From an uncultured Methanomicrobiales archaeon (GTDB lineage: Archaea; Halobacteriota; Methanomicrobia; Methanomicrobiales; Methanospirillaceae): a stretch of DNA of 64,000 nucleotides. The notes below the pieces were generated by a model. It was not told the origin of the DNA and made no database searches. It saw only the letters and a list, made by a program, of their open reading frames with translations. Below, piece by piece: positions 32,126 to 40,808 of this stretch. The number at the start of each line of letters is the position of its first letter. The first letter of the stretch is position 1. Location: the NCBI GenBank assembly GCA_963758915.1, contig CAVWXH010000010.1, positions 64,001 through 128,000 of the forward strand, in the 5' to 3' direction. The position numbers and the translations under genes are program-made.

Positions 32126-33151
32126 ATGAAATGCCCCGTATGTGGCGGTGACTGTGTTGACACAGCTCATGATATCCTTCTGACAACAGGGCAGGTATTC
32201 TCCCCCTGCCCTGATTGCCATGGCAGGGTCCTGGATAAGAGGGCCCCGTTAAAAAACCGCTTTTACGAGCCGCCATGTTCATGCGGGAAGCGGTTTATTG
32301 ACGAAGTTTTTGCGCATAGTTACGTGGTCATGATCGAGGAGGGCCTTTTTTCGGGTTCAGAACCCCTTGCCAGGGTGGGTATGCCGCTCATCCACCCTGG
32401 CTTTGTTATGCGTGAGCCCCCGTACCTCCCTGCACGCTCACTGGTGCTTGTATCCGCCGATGTGACCCGGGAAGTGGCGGTACGTCTTGTCAACGAGGTC
32501 CCGGAAATCAGGGGGGTGGTCAGGAGCGGGGACTTTGTCCCCGGGATTGCAGGCCCGGGACCTGGCGGGGTGCCCAGGACCTATGACCTCCTTGCCGGGT
32601 GTGATGTGCGGGCGAGTATTTTCCCGACCTCCGCCGGGTCACTGGTGTTGTACCAGCAGCAGTCGCAGATCCATATTGAGTTCCCCCGCAATTATAACCC
32701 GAAAATCGAGTCAGTCGAGCGAAAAATTACCCTGAATACACAGTGGTTTGTTGACGCTGCATGTGGTGTTGGTACGCTCGGGCTGACCGCTGCACGGCTC
32801 GGTGTGCCACATGTCGTAATGAATGATGCCTGGTTTTCTGCCGCGTTCTGGTCCGCATTCAATATTTCTGTGAACAGTGAATTTCTGGCCATTGACGAGG
32901 TGGTCATGCTCAGGTCCTACGAGGAGATGCAAGTCCGGCCGGTCGGCCGGATGCCCGAAAAAATAGCGGAAACCCATGGCAGGCAGAGCATCGAGGTGTA
33001 CCAGGGGGACCTCGCGGATCTTTACCGGGTACTTCCCGGCATCCCGGTCCTTACTGCCCTCGATCTCTTTAATAAAGAGGATGCCGGGCTTATACAGCAT
33101 ATCACCACGCTGTACCGGGAGCATGTCAGCGGCGAGGTATTTATCCCCTGA
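32126..33151 (+). CDS. Conserved hypothetical: Cys-rich N-terminus plus SAM-dependent methyltransferase-like domain
   Basis: CPVC, CPDC and CSC clusters; VDAACGVGTLGL motif I. Confidence 0.7.
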   Translation: MKCPVCGGDCVDTAHDILLTTGQVFSPCPDCHGRVLDKRAPLKNRFYEPPCSCGKRFIDEVFAHSYVVMIEEGLFSGSEPLARVGMPLIHPGFVMREPPYLPARSLVLVSADVTREVAVRLVNEVPEIRGVVRSGDFVPGIAGPGPGGVPRTYDLLAGCDVRASIFPTSAGSLVLYQQQSQIHIEFPRNYNPKIESVERKITLNTQWFVDAACGVGTLGLTAARLGVPHVVMNDAWFSAAFWSAFNISVNSEFLAIDEVVMLRSYEEMQVRPVGRMPEKIAETHGRQSIEVYQGDLADLYRVLPGIPVLTALDLFNKEDAGLIQHITTLYREHVSGEVFIP

Positions 33152-33167
33152 AGTGTGCATTAAATAT

Positions 33168-33475
33168 GGGGACTAGCCCGGGTGGCCCGGCGTCACTTGT
33201 AACCCGAAACCGTCGGTATGCGGGGGGCGAAGTTTGAGGAAGGCAACAGCGGGCTGCTGGAGCTGTTAGTATCCTGACGTAGAAGCCTCGTCCTGTGAGG
33301 TCGGTGGACAGGTATCAAGACTCCGGAGGGAGTGGCGACCTGCAGCCGCAGAGACCGGTCCAGGCCCGGAAGGGAGCAGACTTACTGTGGACATTCGGCG
33401 CCCACAGGGTCGCGGGGTGGAGAAAGGGTTCTTTAGTGAAGGCAGCAGCGTATTGTCGACCGATAACGTGTCCCT
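33168..33475 (+). ncRNA. ffs: Archaeal signal recognition particle 7S RNA
   Basis: About 308 nt; GGGAC/GTCCC terminal helix, Alu-domain TGTAACCCG, helix 8 CAGGCCCGGAAGGGAGCAG. Confidence 0.93.
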
Positions 33476-33492
33476 AATTTTGTGCTACAACC

Positions 33493-34485
33493 ATGTCCAA
33501 AGTCACAATCATCGGTGCAACCGGCAATGTCGGAATGTTCGCTGCACACGCAATATCGGAAATACCCTATGTCAGTGAGATCCTGCTCTATGGCAGGCCG
33601 GGAAGGGAAGAACTCCTTGACGGTATTGCCCATGACCTGATGGACTCTTTTGCTGCCTGTGGAAATTATACTAAAATCGACTGGACGACCGATATTGAAG
33701 AAGTCAAAGGGTCCGAAATCGTAGTATTTACCGCTGGAAACGCACGGCTCCCTGGCCAGACCAGGCTTGATCTCGCACTCCAGAATGCGCACATCGTATC
33801 CGGGCTTGCGGAATCTATTGCGAAGGTCGCGCCCGACACGAAGATCTTTATGATCACCAATCCCGTTGACGTGATGACATCCGTCGCGTTGAAATATTCA
33901 GGACTGCAGCCCCAGCAGGTGTTCGGCCTTGGTACGCACCTTGACTCCATGCGGCTGAAATCGTTGATAGCATCGTATTTCCGGGTACACCCAAGCGAAG
34001 TGCATACACGAATTATCGGGGAGCACGGGGACAGCATGGTCCCGCTCTGGTCGGCGACAACAATCGGGGGCATCCAGGTCAGTAACCTGCCTGCATTTTC
34101 ACGTATTCCCATCCGAGAGATGGTGGAATCGGTTAAAAACAGCGGCGAACTGATTATCCGGGGCAAAGGCTCGACAGTATACGGTCCGGGTGAAGCGATC
34201 GCGACACTTGTTAAGACAATCCTTGGAGACGAGAACCGGATCCTGACGGTATCTGCGTATATACGAAGGGAAGTCCACGATATCGGGGATGTCTGCATCA
34301 GTGTCCCGGCGCGGGTGAACCGCAGCGGCGTATTCCCGGTCACCATTAAAATTGATGAGTCTGAAGTGGTCCAGTTCCGGGAGTCGGTGGAAAAGATCAG
34401 GACAATAACCCAGCAGGTACTCCAGGCACTTGAAAATGAGAAATCCGATCAGAAATCCAGAAATAACGAAAAATCTGTTTCTTAA
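33493..34485 (+). CDS. mdh: Malate dehydrogenase (LDH/MDH family)
   Basis: IIGATGNVG, TNPVD, GTHLDSMRL, IGEHGDSMVP. Confidence 0.88.
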   Translation: MSKVTIIGATGNVGMFAAHAISEIPYVSEILLYGRPGREELLDGIAHDLMDSFAACGNYTKIDWTTDIEEVKGSEIVVFTAGNARLPGQTRLDLALQNAHIVSGLAESIAKVAPDTKIFMITNPVDVMTSVALKYSGLQPQQVFGLGTHLDSMRLKSLIASYFRVHPSEVHTRIIGEHGDSMVPLWSATTIGGIQVSNLPAFSRIPIREMVESVKNSGELIIRGKGSTVYGPGEAIATLVKTILGDENRILTVSAYIRREVHDIGDVCISVPARVNRSGVFPVTIKIDESEVVQFRESVEKIRTITQQVLQALENEKSDQKSRNNEKSVS

Positions 34486-34534
34486 CCAACCAATCGAAAA
34501 AAGATAAGAATCCTGTTCCTGGAATTCTTACAGG

Positions 34535-34792
34535 TTACATCAGGGTAAGTTCAATGATCTCTGCCCGCTCGACGCCTTTCAGGCCGCTGAGTTTCGCCTC
34601 AACGGCATCTGTCTCGCCGCCCTGATCGCCGACCACTACGACAAGTTTCAAGGACTTTAAACCAAAACCGATCGGTTCTTCCACAATCTGTTGTACGCGG
34701 GGGAGGACCCGTTTTATCTCCGCTTTGAGTGCCTCGAGGTCAACCTCCGGGGATTCCGGCATTACCCTGAGAATCAGCGCGACGTCTCCCAT
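34535..34792 (-). CDS. ef1b: Elongation factor 1-beta
   Basis: MGDV..VMPESPEVDL, EPIGFGLK. Confidence 0.95.
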   Translation of the reverse strand: MGDVALILRVMPESPEVDLEALKAEIKRVLPRVQQIVEEPIGFGLKSLKLVVVVGDQGGETDAVEAKLSGLKGVERAEIIELTLM

Positions 34793-34795
34793 CGC

Positions 34796-34957
34796 TTATG
34801 GGCCCCCGAAACCGCATTTTGGACATGTATAGGGGATACTCTGTTCTCTACACCGGTAGCATCTCTTGATGCCGTAACCACATGAAGGGCATCCGAATTC
34901 TGTAGCGCCTTCTTCTGCGAGTGGAGCACAGCATGATGTGCATTTCTTGTCTGACAT
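34796..34957 (-). CDS. Small zinc-finger protein (HVO_2753/DUF1610-like), 53 aa, absent from the ORF track
   Basis: Hand translation MSDKKCTSCCAPLAEEGATEFGCPSCGYGIKRCYRCREQSIPYTCPKCGFGGP; GGAG SD; directly upstream of ef1b. Confidence 0.9.
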   Translation of the reverse strand: MSDKKCTSCCAPLAEEGATEFGCPSCGYGIKRCYRCREQSIPYTCPKCGFGGP

Positions 34958-34998
34958 GGTAACTCCTGAGATTCCTTATAACTTCTCTTTTTAAACAA

Positions 34999-35589
34999 TT
35001 AAAAGGTTGTACCGATCCTCGTACCCTCTACCCGTTCCCCCCGGAGTAATGCCTGGACCCGTTCGGTCCTTCTCCCGTTTATGATCAGCGTCCTGACGCC
35101 GTGATCGAGGACAAACCGGATGAAACCCGGGTCCAGTTCCCCGGATGTCATGGGCATGGTAACCTGTTCCATGTGTTCACCCCCCTTCATGATACCATCA
35201 ACTGATTTCAGGACCACGAGGTCGAGCCCGAGGCGGTACGCGACCCACGCGGCGATGGTGTCTGAGGTGATATCCCAGTTGTGTGGAAGCGGGTCTTCTT
35301 TCTTCATCAGGGCATACGGGAGTAACACCGTGGGGTGCCCCGGTACCTGCAGGCCGGGACTGGTACTGATCCCGAACGATGCGATATACCAGCCATATTG
35401 TTCCATCCCGAGAACTGCCATCCAGTGGCTCTCATTATCCGGGGCGTGTAATGTCCTTACGAGATTTGTGAACGGCCCCCCGCCGGGAATGATAAGCACG
35501 GGGCAGGGTGATGAAAGGAGGGCGCGGGTGATCCCGGGTACCTGATCGATCAGGCTCCCGCCTATTTTCATCACACAAGGCCCCTTCAT
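34999..35589 (-). CDS. Amino-acid-kinase/uridylate-kinase family protein (MfnE-like)
   Basis: KIGGS, IPGGGPF, HWMA, PHNWDITSD, KSVDG. Confidence 0.8.
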   Translation of the reverse strand: MKGPCVMKIGGSLIDQVPGITRALLSSPCPVLIIPGGGPFTNLVRTLHAPDNESHWMAVLGMEQYGWYIASFGISTSPGLQVPGHPTVLLPYALMKKEDPLPHNWDITSDTIAAWVAYRLGLDLVVLKSVDGIMKGGEHMEQVTMPMTSGELDPGFIRFVLDHGVRTLIINGRRTERVQALLRGERVEGTRIGTTF

Positions 35590-35641
35590 GGGTAAAGATC
35601 TATATCGTCAGCTTATTAAAACCGGACTGTGACCAGAAATA

Positions 35642-37312
35642 GTGAGGTTCCTCCCGGTATTCCTTCTTTTCTGCCTTCTTATTCCCGGTGTTACGGCCAT
35701 CGCCATTACCGCGTTCTGCCCTGATACGTACCAGAAGGACGACCCCGATGAATATGTGGTCCTTTCAGGAACGGGGGGCCTGGATGGTATTCTGGTGTCA
35801 GATGGTGAGGGGGGTTTCCGGTTCCCGCCGGGATCACGGATAGACGGCCTTATCACCGTTGCGTATAATGGCAGGGCGTATGCCTCTGTGCATGATGAGC
35901 TGCCTGATTTTGAGTTCTACAATTACTCCCCTTATGTTCCGGACGTCATCCCGGCCGGGGCTTTCCGGCTTGCCAATACAGGGGACGAGCTGATGCTCTA
36001 TGACCATGACACGTTGATACAAAAGGTGTCGTGGCCCGCCGATGTCAAACCACGCGAGGGGCAGGTCCATTTCGTGGAGAACGGGGTATGGGATACCCGT
36101 GTCCTTATGCTTGGCCAGTCCCGCATTGCTCCTGCAAACTTTACCGGCGTTTCCGGTGTCTGTTTTGTATCACCTGACTGTTCGCTTGAACTCTATCTGA
36201 ATTGTATTGACCAGGCGAAGTACGAAATCCTCGTGAATGTATACGAATTTTCAAGTCCCGGAATGGCAGATGCGCTTATCGAAGCCCGGAAAAGGGGTGT
36301 CAATGTTACCGTCCTTATCGAGGGCGGACCTGTCGGGGGGATATCGCCGGAAGGAAATGCCGTCTGTGACCTGCTCACCAGGAATGATATTGTCGTCCGG
36401 CAGATGGGCACCACCGGTGACAGCCATGTCCCCTACCGCTATGACCATGCCAAGTACATCGTGGTCGATTCGTTGTACCTTTTTATCACCAGCGAAAACT
36501 TCAAAGGAAACGGGTTTCCTGCTGAAGGCAAATCCGGAAACCGGGGTTGGGGTGTATGCATAATCGACCCCGGGGTTGCGACCTGGTTCAGGGGAGTATT
36601 CCTGACCGACCTGAACGGGAAGGGTATCAGCCCCATGACCGGGAAGACCGGGGCGCCGGAACCTGGTGGAACCCTGCCTCATACCCGGGAATTTTCACCA
36701 ATGCGCTTTGAGGGTGCGAAGGTCACACCGGTACTTTCCCCAGATACCAGTTATCTCATCCCGGAGCTCCTTCGTTCTGCAACAGGTGAGATCGATATCG
36801 AGCAGGCCTATATCAGCAACGAATCGAAAGGTGTTCCAAACCGTTACCTCGCCGAAGCGATCAACGCGTCACGCCGCGGTGTCCATGTAAGGGTCCTGCT
36901 TGACTCCTACTGGTTTAACACGGAAGGAGAGGACGATAACGATGAAATGATGGCCTATATCAACCAGGTGGCAGCATCCGAACACCTCCCGCTTGAAGCA
37001 CGGTGTGCAGAACTGGAACGGAATGAACTGGAGAAAATTCACAACAAGGGTGTTATTGTTGACCGGAAGAAAGTCCTGGTCAGCAGCGTCAACTGGAATT
37101 ACAATTCCCCGACGTTCAACCGGGAGGCCGGGGTCATTATCGAGCAGCCGGAAGCGGCCCGGTACTATACGGCGGTGTTTGAGGATGACTGGGGCCAGTC
37201 CACAACATCCGGTAGGAACCAGGGTGATACCACTGAATACCTGAAAATCGGGATAGCAGTTATGGTGGTTGCGCTGCTATTGATCCTGTACTGGCGAAGG
37301 AAAGATCAGTGA
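35642..37312 (+). CDS. Secreted, membrane-anchored phospholipase D-superfamily protein
   Basis: Signal peptide, lamin-tail-like N-domain, two HKD motifs (HAKYIVVD, HNKGVIVD), C-terminal TM plus RRK. Confidence 0.85.
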   Translation: MRFLPVFLLFCLLIPGVTAIAITAFCPDTYQKDDPDEYVVLSGTGGLDGILVSDGEGGFRFPPGSRIDGLITVAYNGRAYASVHDELPDFEFYNYSPYVPDVIPAGAFRLANTGDELMLYDHDTLIQKVSWPADVKPREGQVHFVENGVWDTRVLMLGQSRIAPANFTGVSGVCFVSPDCSLELYLNCIDQAKYEILVNVYEFSSPGMADALIEARKRGVNVTVLIEGGPVGGISPEGNAVCDLLTRNDIVVRQMGTTGDSHVPYRYDHAKYIVVDSLYLFITSENFKGNGFPAEGKSGNRGWGVCIIDPGVATWFRGVFLTDLNGKGISPMTGKTGAPEPGGTLPHTREFSPMRFEGAKVTPVLSPDTSYLIPELLRSATGEIDIEQAYISNESKGVPNRYLAEAINASRRGVHVRVLLDSYWFNTEGEDDNDEMMAYINQVAASEHLPLEARCAELERNELEKIHNKGVIVDRKKVLVSSVNWNYNSPTFNREAGVIIEQPEAARYYTAVFEDDWGQSTTSGRNQGDTTEYLKIGIAVMVVALLLILYWRRKDQ

Positions 37313-37341
37313 ACTGTTGCCTGTCTGGGAGGAAATACATA

Positions 37342-37725
37342 TTGAGAATTGTCCGTTCTGTCCAGTCCAAAGTCTGCGTGGATGGCTCGATGTTGAAAGA
37401 GTACCTGCTTGATGAACCGCTGACCGAGGAATTTTTGTCATTCCTGAAACATTTCGGGGCAGTCCGACTCCTCCCCCTGATGAAAAAGCCTTATTTTTCC
37501 TTCGAACAGGAAGATTTCATATCAATTAAGGGCTTTATAGGTGACCCCGATGTAGAGGTACGGTACCGGAAGGAGTTTCCGGACCTTACCGGGGACTATT
37601 TTCATCTCCTCCTGTTTTACTTTCGCGAAGGAGAGGGTGGGGTTGAAAAATTGCAGGGTATCGGGATGACGATACGGAAAAAAATGGATGTACGCCAAAG
37701 TCGCGATCGTGATATATCAGGTTAG
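37342..37725 (+). CDS. Hypothetical protein
   Basis: TTG start after a GGAGG SD; follows the PLD gene. Confidence 0.6.
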   Translation: MRIVRSVQSKVCVDGSMLKEYLLDEPLTEEFLSFLKHFGAVRLLPLMKKPYFSFEQEDFISIKGFIGDPDVEVRYRKEFPDLTGDYFHLLLFYFREGEGGVEKLQGIGMTIRKKMDVRQSRDRDISG

Positions 37726-37747
37726 TCAATCAGGAAATGGGTAAATC

Positions 37748-38095
37748 GGCTTTGTAGAACCCCTGTACATTTAAAAAGAAGTGAAATACGGAGACAGGAG
37801 GGGGTCCACCCCCTCCCTGTCCCACCCCCATTAAGATATTCTTCGGGCAGGGTTTCCCGAAGGCTCATTAAATTCAGTGTATTGGGGGATAGTCTCTATC
37901 CCAACCGGGGTCGCCAAAGCGGCGGGGCGGAGCCCCGGGAGCGTGACGAAATTTTGGAATTACCAATCTGCAAGATAGATTTGAGAGGATTTCCCATGAA
38001 AATGCCCGAATGGCCACCAAAATGAAGAGATTTTGAACGTGGCATTTTCATGGTTTGGGTGTGAACTTCCCGTTCATGCATGTTTCTACAGAGCC
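37748..38095. mobile_element. MITE-like repeat, copy 3 (best-preserved ends)
   Basis: TIRs GGCTTTGTAGAA / TTCTACAGAGCC (11 of 12 match); no credible ORF; shared core. Confidence 0.82.
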
Positions 38096-38208
38096 GAAAA
38101 TACGAATTCTAATCCCATTTCAGCGTCGAAATAACAGAAAAAATCAGGGGTGGTGAAAATGAACTGGTATCCGGTCAGGAATTGCTGTCACAGCCATACC
38201 GGCTATGG

Positions 38209-38511
38209 TTACTTTTTCATTGCACATCTGCAGACATCACACAGCGTGATATGGTCATCTTCTCCGGCCACCGCCATCGCCCAGCGGTCTATCAGGCCGT
38301 CAATGTCCCCGCAGAGCTGAACCTCCGCACCACGCTTTTTGCTCATATATTGAGAGATTGCAGCGCGCGTAACTCCCAGCCGCTTCGCTGCATCGCTCTG
38401 GCTCATTCCCTTGTTGTTTACCAGCCGGTACACCATCTCGGCCCGGATACCCGGGAGGTACTTACGGGCGAGTGAATCGCATTTCATGATGTTGCATGGG
38501 CTTTCGCTCAT
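38209..38511 (-). CDS. XRE-type HTH transcriptional regulator with C-terminal CxxC
   Basis: MSQSDAAKRLGVTRAAISQYMSKKRG; CDVCRC. Confidence 0.85.
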   Translation of the reverse strand: MSESPCNIMKCDSLARKYLPGIRAEMVYRLVNNKGMSQSDAAKRLGVTRAAISQYMSKKRGAEVQLCGDIDGLIDRWAMAVAGEDDHITLCDVCRCAMKK

Positions 38512-38738
38512 GCACACACCATCGTTTGCGCCCGGCCCTGGTAGATGATCTGGCGTGCGTCCCTGAAGTTGAATTTCTCAATGATGAGGTGGTTCTCCTT
38601 CAGCTTCTTCAAGGCATAGCGGACTGTCCTCGGGGCCAGGTTACTCTTCTTTACAATCTCCTTATGGGTCATTGCCCCGCTCTCGTCCAGGAGGGAAAGG
38701 ACGGTTTTCGATGAGGGGGGCAGGTTTGTTCCTGACAT
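38508..38738 (-). CDS. Small winged-helix DNA-binding protein
   Basis: LPPSSK..MTHKEI..LAPRTVRYALKKL..DARQ. Confidence 0.85.
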   Translation of the reverse strand: MSGTNLPPSSKTVLSLLDESGAMTHKEIVKKSNLAPRTVRYALKKLKENHLIIEKFNFRDARQIIYQGRAQTMVCA

Positions 38739-38747
38739 GCATTATAT

Positions 38748-38762
38748 GTTAACACTGTTAAC
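38748..38762. promoter_or_regulatory. Palindromic candidate operator GTTAACA-C-TGTTAAC
   Basis: Perfect 7-bp inverted repeat between a TATA-like TTTAAT and the start of the wHTH gene. Confidence 0.45.
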
Positions 38763-38808
38763 GATTAAAGCTACCGGTTATTACAATGTACGACAATAAT
38801 CTGGATCT

Positions 38809-39171
38809 ATGCTTACCCGGCAGGAACGAAATGCGTTCATCCTTCTCGCAATCGTTACGCTTGCCGTTGTTGCCGGATCCATAATTATTGAATCAGCTGG
38901 GAAATCCGCCTTTTCAACCCGGTATACCAGTACATCGGCCGATGGCTCCCTTGTCCTGCTCGAAGGAAATGTTGACCGCGTGATTGTCACCAAAAACGGG
39001 GCAGACCTGATCCTCGACCTGAATGGGACGTCTGTTTTTATTCCAGCCTCTTCTGCCAGCAGGGTTTCATTGAAAATGGGAGATACGGTCCGGATTTACG
39101 GGGTTGTCCAGACATACCGTGGCGCGAAAGAGATAGTTGTCCAGCAACCCGGGGATATCAGCCTGATATAA
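38809..39171 (+). CDS. Membrane-anchored OB-fold protein
   Basis: N-terminal TM; GDTVRIYGVVQTYRGAKEIV OB-fold pattern. Confidence 0.75.
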   Translation: MLTRQERNAFILLAIVTLAVVAGSIIIESAGKSAFSTRYTSTSADGSLVLLEGNVDRVIVTKNGADLILDLNGTSVFIPASSASRVSLKMGDTVRIYGVVQTYRGAKEIVVQQPGDISLI

Positions 39172-39467
39172 CGGGCCTGCACTGGCACCCAGGTGTAAAT
39201 GAATACCCGCTCCCTGCCATACAAAAAAAGGTGCAAGCACATTCGGGAATAGTGGCGATCAACAGTTGGGATTTTACCTCTATAAGGGAAGAATCGATCA
39301 ACCGAGTTACAGATGCCCTTGACCGCTCAAGGCCGGGTAGTATGAGAACCGGCAGTTAACCCGGCATAACCGGGGGTCGGGGGATTAATATGACGACTTC
39401 GCTGGTTTTCGGAATGAAAAAAAGGGTTTGATCCCTTATTAATTACAATAGTCCCTTGTCCCTGATA

Positions 39468-39923
39468 TTACCAGGACTCAGGGAAGGCCATATTAGTGTA
39501 CATATCTTCAAGTCTTGCCTTGTGTCCCCGTTCCATGTTTGCCAGCTGGGAAAAGAGCAGCTTTGTCTCGGTATCACTGGCAAGGTTTGCGAGCTGGGTG
39601 TAACTCTGCATGGCTTCAAGTTCTTTCTTGATAGCGATAACAATACCATCGATTGGTTTCAGGTCCATGGTAAGGGGTGGTGACGCTACCGCATCGGCGA
39701 TCTTGTAGTCATGTGACGGATCAAATTTCATCTTCGATACATCCTTCGTGAGCATTCCCTGAAGGAATTCGCGGTGCTGCTTTTCCTCCCCGGCAAGTTC
39801 TGCAAACAGTTTCTTGAGGTTAGCATCCTTTACTTTATCGGCAATACCATGATAAAATGTGTATGCCTCGACCTCTCTGTCAATTGCTGTTGAAATAATC
39901 TTCTTCGCATCTTCTGGCTTCAT
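39468..39923 (-). CDS. Ferritin-like/rubrerythrin family diiron protein
   Basis: AIDRE..FY, EEKQH, AIKKE..Y, ERGH diiron ligands. Confidence 0.88.
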   Translation of the reverse strand: MKPEDAKKIISTAIDREVEAYTFYHGIADKVKDANLKKLFAELAGEEKQHREFLQGMLTKDVSKMKFDPSHDYKIADAVASPPLTMDLKPIDGIVIAIKKELEAMQSYTQLANLASDTETKLLFSQLANMERGHKARLEDMYTNMAFPESW

Positions 39924-40320
39924 AGCTCTTCGTTCCTTTCTGTTTAGTAAAGTTATAGATAATTACCATATATAAGTCATTGGTTTTGACCACATTGATG
40001 GCTGATATACCCGACAGGGCGAAGAATGAACCGTTTTTCGCCATTTCTACTACGCTTGGCATGACCCTTGAAAAAGAGGTAATTCCGGAAGAAAACCAGA
40101 CCTACCGGATGTAAAGGGAACACCCTGTCAACCTTGTGTGAGTATCTGGAAATGGAATAAGACTGCCTGACCGGAAGGGGAAGAAAAAACCGGTGTAGTA
40201 CGTGCCAGGCATCAGCGAACAGGCTGATATAGGCCGGCTGGATAATTGTGTAAGGAATAGCGCCTCTATCGCAGACGGAGAGACAATCAAACGAGAACTA
40301 AAAAAAAGACGATTATCAGG

Positions 40321-40488
40321 TTAGTACCTGGGCTGCCTGTGTTTCGGGAGGCATTCCTGGCAATATACAGGTCTGCCTTCGGTCGGCTTGAACGGTACTT
40401 CACAATCTTTTCCACAATCTGAACAGACAACTTTTGTCATTTCACGGGGGCCGTAATTACTCGATCCACCAAAATTTGATTTATACAT
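40321..40488 (-). CDS. CxxC-x17-CxxC domain protein, 55 aa, absent from the ORF track
   Basis: Hand translation MYKSNFGGSSNYGPREMTKVVCSDCGKDCEVPFKPTEGRPVYCQECLPKHRQPRY. Confidence 0.9.
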   Translation of the reverse strand: MYKSNFGGSSNYGPREMTKVVCSDCGKDCEVPFKPTEGRPVYCQECLPKHRQPRY

Positions 40489-40808
40489 GATATTTCTCAA
40501 ACAGCTCTATTAAAACTGCATACTATACATGCTCCACTAGGATAAGAAGCTCTGTATCAGTACAGATGGTTAACCGCTGGATGAAAAATGAGTATTCAGG
40601 GTTATTATAAAAATTCACTTATTTTACCTGCATTATTTTACAGGGTTAGCAAAGAGACCGCCCTGCTGATGGAAGTTACCTGTGACCAGGGGGCAGTGGC
40701 CCTGATAATCCGTTTGTTAATCCAACGAGACAATACACAGCATGGGGGGGTCAGACCGTACCGGGGAGGCATCATCCCCATGTACCTGGCACGGTTGGAC
40801 CATTGGGA

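Noticed and set aside
37920-37955. Group II intron domain V remnant in the MITE core (GAGCC..GCG..GAAA)
   Set aside because: The complementary 3' strand of domain V and the domain VI bulged A are absent.
37896-38081. Short ORFs inside the MITE copies (also 19283-19531 and 53246-53440)
   Set aside because: Frames, starts and stops are not conserved between copies; no transposase motifs.
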